A DNA stretch of 64,000 nt, from positions 1 through 64,000 of the forward strand of contig KZ538077.1 of assembly GCA_000934665.2 (NCBI GenBank). Reading direction: 5' to 3'. The stretch's first letter is position 1. Each line of letters starts with the position of its first letter. A program made the translations under genes and the position numbers. The notes under the pieces are model-generated. The model made no database searches. It was not told the origin of the DNA and worked only from the letters and a program-made list of their open reading frames with translations. The stretch comes from Catajapyx aquilonaris. Taxonomy: Eukaryota. This document shows, piece after piece, positions 1 to 10,554 of this stretch.

Positions 1-147
1 ATCGGTCGCGTATGTTTCCCTGATTTTAGCCCTTCTTATTAACATTCCAATTCTAGACTCTCATTTGATTAGCAAGTCGCTTCATTTCCACCTTAAATAG
101 GCACCATGTCCTTAACATCTCAAAATACAGAAAAGGTCCATGCTATA

Positions 148-575
148 CAGGGTGTATCTGAACTCAGTGCCCCGACGTATATGACTGCCTTCCTAGCCAC
201 CAGAGGATCGATTTAAGTATAGGAGTCATTATGTTTGGCCGCCGCATTACGGAGATAATAATTATTGGCCGCAAACATGTAGTACAAAATATCCTGTCGG
301 TTAGGCCACCCATCGAACCCTCCCCCAGTCAGAAGGCTCTGGAAGGTCTGGGGGCGGGACTTTGTTGGTTTGTTGCCCACAGGTGGTAAGGCCTCTTTGG
401 CTAGTTACACCAGAAAATTCTATTTAAAAGTCAGAAGGAGCGATTAGGCAAAAATCGCTAAAGAGTGTATCAGTAATGAGGCTGCCCAGACATATGACTC
501 CTATACTTAAATCTATCCTCTGGTGGCTAGGAAGGCAGTCATATACGTCGGGGCACTGAGTTCGGATACACCCTG
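148..575. mobile_element. Tc1/mariner-type MITE (CAGGGTG TIR family), copy 1
   Basis: TA|CAGGGTGTATCTGAACTCAGTGCCCCGACGTATATGACTGCC... and reverse complement ...GGATACACCCTG|TA; imperfect TIR of about 90 bp; TA target duplication. Confidence 0.9.
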
Positions 576-609
576 TATACCCCGGTAGGGGTGAAAGCAT
601 TACCCACAA

Positions 610-708
<99 letters not shown>

Positions 709-722
709 GGTGGTGTTATTAT
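610..722. repeat. Compound trinucleotide microsatellite (ATT)n(GTT)n(GGT)n
   Basis: Seen directly. Confidence 0.95.
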
Positions 723-852
723 TATGATATAAATATCAAAAAATAATTAATAATTAATAATTAAAAGTTATAATAATGGATCCATTATTATAATCGCCGC
801 AAAAAAATTCTACGTATCACAATCAAAGAAGCATTAATTCAGCCTTATATAA

Positions 853-2019
853 CCTCCTGAGACCTGGTGTTGACATATGTCAACATCAGCAAAAGATTTT
901 TTTGGCGCCAACCAGTGATGCCAACAGAACTGTAATAGGCTGGTATCCCATGGTTACAATCTGGCCTCAATAGCTGTAGCCACCTAGCGTCGAATATCTG
1001 GCTTGGGCGGACAAAATGGCTGATTCCGCTGCTGAAGCTAGGCGCTCATCTGATCAGTTTTATTTTTTTACTCATATTTAGAATGCGATTTTCGCAATGC
1101 AGTGAATGTCCTGGGATTCGCAAGGAATGTGTCTTAAGGCCGCTTCACAAATTCGGCGGAAAGCTGAGCGGGCGGAAAGCGCCGCCATCTTGCCTCCTCC
1201 AACCGCCTGCTATCCGCCCGCGCGAGTCCATCCAGATGGACTCGAGCGGTTCCCACCGCTCCCCACCGCTCAGAGTTTCCGCCCGCAGCGTCACCGCCGA
1301 ATTTGTGAATTGCCAGCGCTCACATTCCGAGTCCCAAAAGCACGCTTTCCGCCCGCTTTCCGCCCGCTTTCCGCCCGCTCAGCCATCCGCCGAATTTGTG
1401 AAGCAGCCTTTAGGAACTGCGAAAAGACGATTCTGTGACAATCTTTGTTGCTGTAGAGAACTGGTAATTTTCTTTTCTTCCTGAGACCAAATGCCCATTT
1501 AAATGGACATCCGAAAAATGTCATTTTTAGCTGAATGGGTGTGACTTTTCTTTACGTGCCTGTACCTATACACCCATAAGGAAGTGGGTTTTGCACTGTG
1601 CACTTCAGTTTTAAAATCTAGAATAGCAAAGTACCACTCTAGCGGGTAAGAAGGGAAGGAGCAAGCCCCATCCCTGGAGTGGTGGCGTTAAAAATTAATT
1701 TCATTTATTTTTAATTGTCTTCTGAGAGGAATTGCCACCACGAATACCACGAATAAATTTTAAAATCATTGTTTGGATGATAGAGAACTATGTGAGTGAT
1801 CCATTAAGTGGTATTTCAATTTTCAGCTCTCATCCGTTCTGCTTTTGTAGCACCAATTGGGTCCTAATCACGGTCCTAATGTTCTCATTGGTTGTTTGTC
1901 GCCATTTTTGTCGATATTTTAAAACTAATTTTTTTTTCTCGTTTCTTATTGGGAACATGTTCAGAAAATGCAATAGGAACTGACATCGCGTTAAAAAATT
2001 CTTCTCAGGTCTCAGGAGG
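853..2019. mobile_element. piggyBac-like non-autonomous element
   Basis: ATAA|CCTCCTGAGACCTG ... CAGGTCTCAGGAGG|ATAA: 14-bp TIR starting CC with a 4-bp TTAA-like (ATAA) duplication. Confidence 0.75.
1137..1409. mobile_element. PIF/Harbinger-type MITE nested in the piggyBac-like element
   Basis: TTA|AGGCCGCTTCACAAATTCGGCGGA ... TCCGCCGAATTTGTGAAGCAGCCT|TTA; 3-bp TWA TSD; internal ttccgcccgc subrepeats. Confidence 0.85.
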
Positions 2020-2261
2020 ATAATAGTAGTGGCGTCCCAAATTTATTGTTAGTTACGAGTACAATTGCCGCTCACATGGACAAGAAGTATTGAGACTGCC
2101 GAATAGCTGCACAATTCGTAATTGAATTTTCCCCTATTGCCGCAGACGGGCAGATGGAAAAGGCTCCACAATAAGAGACCCAAACCGTGTGGCCGGTAAT
2201 TATAAGACTTGGTATTCAAACATTTTAATAAATAATATAATCATTACATGTGGTGTATCCA

Positions 2262-2335
2262 GGGGGCCATGGTGGTCCAGTGGCTATGCTACTGGCCAGC
2301 CAAGAGTCCGGGGTTCAAATCCCGTCCTAGTCAGT
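2262..2335 (+). mobile_element. tRNA-derived SINE-like head (Pol III A/B boxes)
   Basis: A box TGGTCCAGTGG (2273-2283) and B box GGTTCAAATCC (2312-2322); no intact cloverleaf. Confidence 0.6.
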
Positions 2336-2548
2336 GGTCATCTCTGCTTGGTCGGGCCTTTTTCCGGTTATCTGCCGGTTATCCTCTATTTATTTATTTT
2401 TAATTTTCTTTTAATTTTCTTGACCGCCCCCTCCCCTTAAGGCAGGTGTCTTAATAATTGCAAAAAAAGTGATTCTCCCCTCCCCCCCTTCTAACCCCTC
2501 GCCACCCCTATATATATCAACACACACACACCCACACACACCCAGCCT

Positions 2549-2892
2549 TGTCTTCACTAAGGCGTGGGGACGTGAAAATTCAACTTTTCGAAGCGAGTGT
2601 AAACTAACCTAACCTAACCTTACCTAACCTTACCTAACCTAACCTAACCTAACCTACCCTACCCTACCCTACACTAACTAACTAACCTAGGCTGAGAAAA
2701 ATTGACTTTTGTGAAACCCTACAACTGAAAATAGTGGGGACATGTCCCCACTAATTTACACATGTCCCCACTCTAATAGTACACAGTGTGTGTGAAACAC
2801 TGTGGGGACCGAGAAATGTCCCCACAATGCGGACTAGTCCCCACAGCTTCAGTAGAAACCCAGACCTACGTCCCCACACCTTATTGAAGACA
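2549..2892. mobile_element. TIR element inserted in a (CA)n tract, with internal (CCTAA)n repeats
   Basis: TGTCTTCACTAAGGCGTGGGGAC ... GTCCCCACACCTTATTGAAGACA; internal gtcccca/tggggac subrepeats; CCTAA array at about 2604-2690; CA repeats on both sides. Confidence 0.75.
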
Positions 2893-2904
2893 TAAACACA
2901 CCCA

Positions 2905-3164
2905 GGCGCGCATCCCTATCCTTGTGAGGTTTTTCCAAAATTTAAAATTTAAAACTAACCTAACCTAACCTAACCTACAAAAAAACACCATTTTGGAGAA
3001 ATATATTTTTACTGTCTTTATGAGGTATTTGTCGATTTTTCCCTATCCTTGTGAGGCGAGTGTTCACAATGAGGTACAGGAAAACTACCTCGTAATGACA
3101 AAATTCCTCACAAGGATAGGAAAACGCGTAAACACACTCCTCACAAGGATGGCAATGCGCGTCC
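2905..3164. mobile_element. Second TIR element in the same (CA)n tract, with (CCTAA)n
   Basis: GGCGCGCATCCCTATCCTTGTGAGG ... CCTCACAAGGATGGCAATGCGCGTCC; the atccttgtgagg motif occurs twice on each arm; CCTAA repeats at 2955-2976. Confidence 0.75.
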
Positions 3165-4755
3165 ACACACACACCCACACACACATACCTGCTTATTGAA
3201 ATTTTATTATATATTATTATATTAATTATTATAACCATTATTATAATCGCCTTCGACTTCAAAGCGTGCGAGATGACCCTTCTCCTTCGTGGCACCGGAG
3301 AGCGCTACAGACGCGGTGAAAGGCGACCGCGACCGGGCAGGCGGGACCGGCGACCGGATGCAGGTGTTGTGGCTTCGGAACATCGCATTTTGGCTGTATT
3401 TTCACCCTGCTAACGTGGAAATTAGCAGCGGAGGTGATGTTTTCTCAACACTCTAGGCCAAGCAGAATGAGAAAATCCAAAAATTTCAAAATTCAGGAGG
3501 GTAGAATAGTTACTTTGGTTGTCAGCATAACTGCTTGATGTACAACGATCTGCATGCATGAATTCACACTTATCTACGTGAATTACAGGTATTATCCTCC
3601 CGTTCAAACCACCCTGAACCACCGGGTTAAGTGTGTACATAGTGTAGTTTTAAACGCTCCCTGAGAAAGTGTTGGGGTAATCATTGACGAAAGAGACATT
3701 TGCGTGATTGGGCACAACCACTAACACACACAAGGCGAGTAAGAGCAACGATGCCTTGGGCCATTTCCGAGCCGCCCTTCTAATTGGTATTCCCTGTTCC
3801 AGCCGACGGCACTTGCAATTCGGCCTCATTTTGCAACTTTGCTTCTTCCGGAGTTACACACTGTAGTCCTCGGGCCATACCGGGTGTACGCCAGGAGACA
3901 ATTGGGACGTGTCATTCACGCCCGGCCGCAAATGCCACCCGTCCCAAAATGGGTCCGGAATTTGATGCATTCTGGCCTCTCAAATCTGGAGCTCTATTTA
4001 TGGCCCTTTTGTTGGGCCAGGGCTCTCCGTGAAATATGATTACGCTATCCGGCTCGGATTACCCCATTTTGATCTCTCCCTCTCTTCCATTGTTTAACCT
4101 GACTGTAAACAACATTACAATGCCTTGGTTTACAGGTATACTGTAGTAGTTGATCTAGTTCATGGAAATGACTTTTTGTGTAGAAGGCTGGCTGGCTGGC
4201 TGCAATGGCAGGCCAAGAGTGATGAGTCCTGCATTAGGAAATAATTATGGTCAATTTTAAAGTTTAAAACGATGGCATAAATTTGGAGGGGAATCAATTA
4301 GGGAAGGAGTGGGATGAAGTGTGCTGAAGGGGAGATGAAGAAAGGGGGAGAAAAAGGAGGAACAAGAAAAGGGAGGAGAGAAGAGGAGAGGGGGAGGAAT
4401 GAAGAGAGCAAAGTACAATGAGCGAAACAGGCGAGCAAATGCTTTCCCATTGGCTTCTTAAGTTCCTTTGATATTGAAATTCCAACTAAAATTCAGCTGA
4501 AAATATATGCAAATGCCTCTTGGGCACGAGTCCCGCCTCTCTGCTCTTTTAATCTCGCCTTCAATAGCATTGACCTTTTCTTCCCTTGTGACTGCTGCTG
4601 CTCAGGCCAAAATCAGTTGGGAGGAGAAAAATTACTTCCCTATGCCAGAATTATAATGTTCATTTAATTCTAAATTACACGCTCTCATTTCAAAACGCAA
4701 CACAACAAACTGACTTTTATACAGTATATTAGAAAGACAGGTCACAAGGAGTATA

Positions 4756-5188
4756 CAGGGTGTTCATGAAAAACACCGACACTCCTATACCACCCCCTAC
4801 CTACGGACCAGACGATCACATTATGTAGATGAGTGATTATTACTGGGCCGCCTCATCACCGCGCAAATTGCCTTCAAACAGGTAGTATAAAATATCCTGG
4901 AAGTTAGGCCACCCAACGAACCCTTCCCCAGTCAGAACTCAGAAGGGTCTGGAAGGACTTCGTTGGTTTGTTGCCCACAGGTGGTAAGGCCTCTATGCCT
5001 AAGTTACACCTGTAAATTCTATTTAAAAGTCAGAAGGAGCGATTAGGCAAAAATCGCTAATCAGCAACGAGTCAATTATCTCAGTAATGAGGCGGTGTAG
5101 ACATAATCACTCCTCTACATAATATGATCCTCTGGTGCCTAGGTAGGGGGGTGGTATAGGTGTGTCGGTGTTTTTCATGAACACCCTG
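4756..5188. mobile_element. Tc1/mariner-type MITE (CAGGGTG TIR family), copy 2
   Basis: TA|CAGGGTGTTCATGAAAAACACCGACAC ... GTGTCGGTGTTTTTCATGAACACCCTG|TA; the core is shared with copy 1 (ttgttgcccacaggtggtaaggcctct ... aaaagtcagaaggagcgattaggcaaaaatcgctaa). Confidence 0.9.
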
Positions 5189-7165
5189 TATACAGTACCG
5201 CCAACTCTATAACAATACAAAGAGGCTCCGAATGTCAGCAAGATGTGTTGATATGGAACATTGAGGGTAGGCCAAAAAGGTTGATGTGCAGAGTGCACCT
5301 CGTAGGTTTTGGTGGAGAGGTAGATTAGGGCCCTGCGAGGATGTGACCACAGAAGTGTGGCGTGGTGACCCTAGTCAGAAAGGAGGGAGCAGTGTGGTCC
5401 AACTCACCCTGGCCACAGATTTGATGGGCTACACGCAGCCTCATTAGTTCGCCTGAGGCAGCAGCTCCCAACCCTTCAGCTTTGTCTACACTCTACAGCT
5501 TTTTCAACTGTACCTATGGCATACCCACAGCAGGCGCTTGTTCTCTGTGGCTCTACCTTGTACTCAGCGTCTCGGACACGACAGAAGGTGCATGTGTCAT
5601 CATGCTTCGACACTTTATATCTAAACAGCCTGATCCACACAAAGTTCTGCTAGTCAACATTACGATCTCATTATTGCGTTATGTAACAGTAGCACCGGAA
5701 CAATTCGAGTGTGACAGCGATATAGCACATTACGTTTTTAACTAGCGCCAATTATCTCAGTAACGAGCCTTCTGTGACCAAATGTCTACGCACAGAAAAG
5801 GTTCGCCAATAAAAAAAACAGACATTCACGCTAGAATTACAAGTGAGCCGGTATATTTCAGGCTCTATCCTAGATCTTTCCCCTGGTCTCAGTCGCACAG
5901 AAAATATGTGCTGGATCAGCCGTGCACTACTGGAGCTGAACCAGCGAATAAAACTGTCCGTTAGATGCAGAAAACCTCTTGTACTTTCACAGTTTGGGTA
6001 GTTTGGGCTCACCCTGCATAAACGAGCCTTTACACGTAATTTAGCGACTTAACTGCAACCGTCGCGTGTTTAGAGCCCGTTTGTAAAGGAACACGAAGGT
6101 TGGTTTAATTGACACGTACGGCCACGTTCGAGTGTCATGCAATACGTTCACTTCTCACCCAACCAGACACTTTTTGCTTAGGCTTTAAAACCTTCTCGGG
6201 CGCCACTTATTCCGAATGTGTTGCGCGTACATTTATCACACTTTTATTATTTCCCACCAACTAATAACAGGGCTTGTAACGCGGCAGCTTACATCACTTG
6301 GAGTACGTTTACGGCCGTATTAACACTGCGCCCCGACTTCAAACTTTGTGACCTACTCTGAGTCAGCCATTTGCCTCTAGCTCGACCTTGCTACTATTTT
6401 CATCCCAAGCCTCTATGAGGCGACATAAGTCCAGTTTGAAATTTTGAAGCATCATTTCAAAGGTATCTTCGTAGCGTCGCCTGATATATTAGAGCAGCAC
6501 TTTGTGGCACCCTTTGACCGAAAGTAAGGAACTAATGAGTTGGTAGATGGGCTCAAAGGGTGGAGGAAATGCCGGAACATCTTGGGAGATGGTGGAGGTG
6601 GTCCAGATGGATGCCGATTTTGGAGCTTTCGCTTGATCAACTACCGTATCTTAAGGAGCCGAATTGGCAGAAAATAGGTCTACACACTTCTGACGACATT
6701 GCAAGGTGATCAAAATGGAGTTATGTTTTACAGTGAGACGCCTAAAAATGAACGGCGTGTTACCGGAAGACAAAACCCCATTTGAAATTTTTCACGTATT
6801 TTTTTGCAGGGCAAGGGTGTTGTTTGAAACATGGGGTTTTAACATTTTTCGCTTCAGAACTCTACTGAGGGCTATCGTGGGGAATGTCTCGCGGCCATAT
6901 CACCTCAGCATTCCGTCCTGCATAAAATGTATTGCTTCCTAGGGAGTAGGGAGGAAGGTGGGGAGGTGGCCAGGAGCAGAAAGAGAGTGCTGAAGGAGAC
7001 AAGTTAATTTTTTACGCCGCCCTAATAAGTTGACGCATAAATGGGGTCGATGAACAAGTAATCCGGCCTTAATGTCACCCCCTCGGCTACTAATAGCTAA
7101 TCCTAACGAGCCGGATCACGTAATCCTTAAGAGCTGAGCTATGAGAGTCACATCACCTGGATTGT

Positions 7166-7338
7166 CTGAAAAGGGGCATGTGCTGTTCCCCAGGAGGTTA
7201 GGTTGCCAGACACCTCCTTGGTGCAGGTCAGAGACCCTCCTGACGCAGGTGAAAGGAAAGTTCCCCAGGCGGGGATCGAACCTGGGGCCTTTCACTCAGC
7301 AAGTCGAGACGTTACCATCACGGCCACCACACCTCCCC
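7166..7338 (-). mobile_element. tRNA-derived SINE family A, copy 1
   Basis: On -: A box TGGCCGTGATGG and B box GGTTCGATCCCC; body nearly identical to 16281-16455. Confidence 0.8.
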
Positions 7339-8004
7339 CCCTGTCCAGACTTGAAAACACAGCTGAATAGTACGATCAATAATCCAAGTACTGTACAGCA
7401 TAAACAGCCTCAAGATCACAGTCAAATGGAGTGGTCTGAACAAAACTAATTACACAATACTCGTGCGAAATGGGGTTCCCTCTTGCAGTACTCTCCTAAA
7501 TCCGGTCCTCGTGCATAAGACGATAGTGTGTTGATTGAATAAGCCAAGGGAAAACACAAGAGTGAAAACAACTCAGTCTGAAACTCAAATTAGTAAAAAG
7601 CAAAAATCAAAGTGCGGTACTGTAATCGTACTCAGCATTTACCCAAGATCAACCCAAAGAAAATAAACAGCGACATCCACGTCACAAAGATATACCAAAA
7701 CACTAGAGGCACTCAGACGTAAACAACATGTAACCAAAGAAAGTACAGTAAATCTCATACAAAACAAGGTAGCAAACTCTCCCAAACACTGAAAATGACA
7801 TTCTCTGCTGAGAGATCGAAACCATCTGCCAAGGAAAACTATGACCGTCAAAAGAAAAGTGGAGGGGAAAAAATGTAGCCAAGTCGTTCGAATTTCCAAG
7901 GCAACGTTACAGTTTCTATTCGGTAACTGGTGGTCAACTAATTCGGGTGTCCGTACCTGGTGTTACTCTCACCCTTTCAGTTACCAGAATAACTACTGCT
8001 CCTA

Positions 8005-8329
8005 GGGAGACGGAGTGGCGCCGCGGTAACGCGCGCGAGCTCACGGAAGTTAAGGTCCCGGGTTCAATCCCCGCCCCGGGTTCCCACCTTCTTTCGTGCA
8101 GAGTTGGGCCATCTCTGGCTTCGTTCCGGGTGGGAATTTCCGCTAGACTATCCCACCCGGGGGAGTTCACAAAATGACCAAGCAACGACATTGCACTTTG
8201 CACATCCCCTCCTAATTACACTTGGAGCAATTAAATACATATGTGTATATCGCTCCAAACCCCAAATGGTGGTAATCCACCCCCCTAGAAATGGCCTATC
8301 GGCCAGATAACGGGGTACAACTAAAAAAA
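8005..8329 (+). mobile_element. Full-length tRNA-derived SINE family B with A-tail and 14-bp TSD
   Basis: A box TGGCGCCGCGG, B box GGTTCAATCCC, A-tail; AACTACTGCTCCTA duplicated at 7991-8004 and 8330-8343. Confidence 0.9.
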
Positions 8330-10265
8330 AACTACTGCTCCTAAATCAGAGTCGGTCTTGAGCTCCTTATTTTGGTTAGGCTCCTTCACAAGGATGTACA
8401 GTATACGCCAACCGGTATTATTTTAGTGACTCAGCTGGCGTCCTAAATTTTGAGATTCATTCATGTTTGGCTGATTCCAGTTTGGTCTGAAATATGGGCT
8501 TGGCTACAGTTCTGCATACCTTAATTCGATTATACAGTGGAGCCCAGCTGACTATGGTTAGGCCCAAAATTATTATCCTGCGAGACTAGCAATCTCCCCG
8601 AGGCTTATTTTCAGCAGCGTGCACGTTGTTTTCTTGCAGCCAGCAGGCTTTTATCCAAGGGCTGGAGGAAGAGGCGAATCTCTTGATTGTGGTGGGAAAT
8701 GAATCGTCAGAATGTCACAAAGTGGAAGCGAGCGGAAAGGCAAGTCTGTGGGGCTGCTTGGGATATGGGAATAAGTCGAGCCGCATGTACCATTCAGAGC
8801 ATCTGCGCCTCGGTTTTGGTGAAGCTTCGGAGCCAGACTGTTGGATGAAAGGGGGGGAAGGAGGAAGGGAAATAGGGAGTGCCGAGAGAGGGGCGGGAAG
8901 CAGGTAGGTCTCTGGATACTTATAGTCTACTGTACACACTTTTTGGCGCAATAAAATGTGTACTTTTTTTTCTGAAACCGGCATACGACAAATAATTATA
9001 AGACATATTATGCCACAGAAAACAACACCCGACACGTTTTAGCCTGTCTTTGCACAGTACAGAATTAATATGCAGTGTGTCACATGGCACACAGTTCTAT
9101 GTCATTTGGCACAAAACGCGCGTTTTTGTTTCATATATGACATAGTTCTGTGAAAGTGTCGCCGTTTTGTGTGTAGCAACTGGCTGGCACTCGACTTGCT
9201 TAGCTTGAAGAGCGTCTTCATCAAGCTTCGGGTCTGGTCCTCGTCATACTCATGGGATTGTGCTTTCTGAGATTATCCCTTGTCGGTACTCTGCTCACTG
9301 CACATTGCCACTTACTAGAATACTGCTGTACTTGACAAAATAGGCACGGTTTTCCCTGTACTGTACAGTGGCTGGATTCATGCTGTTGAGAGTTATGAGA
9401 TTGCGCTTGTTGAACTGCATGCTGTTAGTTAAAGCAGCTGCCCTAATTGTTCAACGAATTTTAGACTAAGTTACGTTCTCCACCGTCTTAAAGCACAAAA
9501 TGTTTCAAAGTGTGAGTGGAAGTCCCCTTGTAATTTAGCGACCACTACATCCAGGTGTAGAATCCATGATCCTTCTGGGCATGACCTGAGAGAGGAATAT
9601 TGGATATGTCTGAGGAAAGAAGAGGCGGGCGAAAATGATGGCTGCAGCTTCATTTCCCTCTGCCGATTAATCATGTAATAGCCTGTCCATTTTAAAACTA
9701 GTTAGGGTCCCACGTGTGAACTAGGTCGTTGCGAATGCACTAGAGACCACATGACGGCGGTAACATGTGGCTGCAATAGCCCCTCGCCTTCCCCCCCCCC
9801 CCCCCCCNCTCCCTTCAGCCCACCCCCACGCGCCAGCCATGTTGCTGTTTAATAGGCCTGCACTCAAGGAGTCATCCCCATGCTTCCCCCTCCTTCCCCA
9901 CCTCCTAACCCTCTTCCTAAACTGCTCCTGGGATGTGCTACCCCATACGTGGGAGTCATTCAAACGCTCCCTGCCGTTTCCCCCTCTAAATATATTAAAA
10001 TAATAAAATACCAGCCGTACTTGTGCCCAATGTGGGGGGAGGGGGGGGAAGATAAATCGATGCACGACTATCTTAATGTGCTCAGAGGGTGGTTATGTAA
10101 TCACCGTTTTATGACCCCCCCAGCGATGCGACTAACTAGCAGTCGCAGAGCAAAGTTTGAATGCGCCTATCAAAGTCAAACATCCAGCACTTAAGCTAAC
10201 GTACCCCTCAATAATATCGAGTCAAGAGACAGTCTCCTAATCGAAACTAAAGGTGTGTTCACAAG

Positions 10266-10554
10266 GGTATCATACCAATTCGCCTGATGCACATTCGCCC
10301 GACGCGACGTACATAGTCGCCCGACGACAACTCGCCCGCTGCAAGCTTTCCCGACGAAGCGACGCGACGACTCGCCCGACGTATATATTTGCCCGATATA
10401 CCGGTAGGCGACTAACTTGAGCAGTCCTCGCATGGGCTAGTTAATCGCGATTAACTAGCCCATGCGAGGACTGCTCAAAACGTTGGGCGAGTCGTCGCGT
10501 CGTCGGGCAAGTTTGCATCGGGCGAGTTTGTTTCGGGCGAAGTGTGACAGAACC
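10266..10554. mobile_element. MULE/Merlin-like MITE with 9-bp TSD
   Basis: GTTCACAAG duplicated at 10257-10265 and 10555-10563; termini GGT...ACC; arms built of tcgcccga/tcgggcga inverted subrepeats. Confidence 0.75.
10417..10478. repeat. Perfect 62-bp palindrome
   Basis: TTGAGCAGTCCTCGCATGGGCTAGTTAATCG|CGATTAACTAGCCCATGCGAGGACTGCTCAA, with no loop and no mismatch. Confidence 0.95.

Noticed and set aside
2604..2976. True telomere or CRISPR-like array
   Set aside because: Short, degenerate CCTAA runs enclosed by TIRs; no repeat-spacer structure, and the context is eukaryotic.
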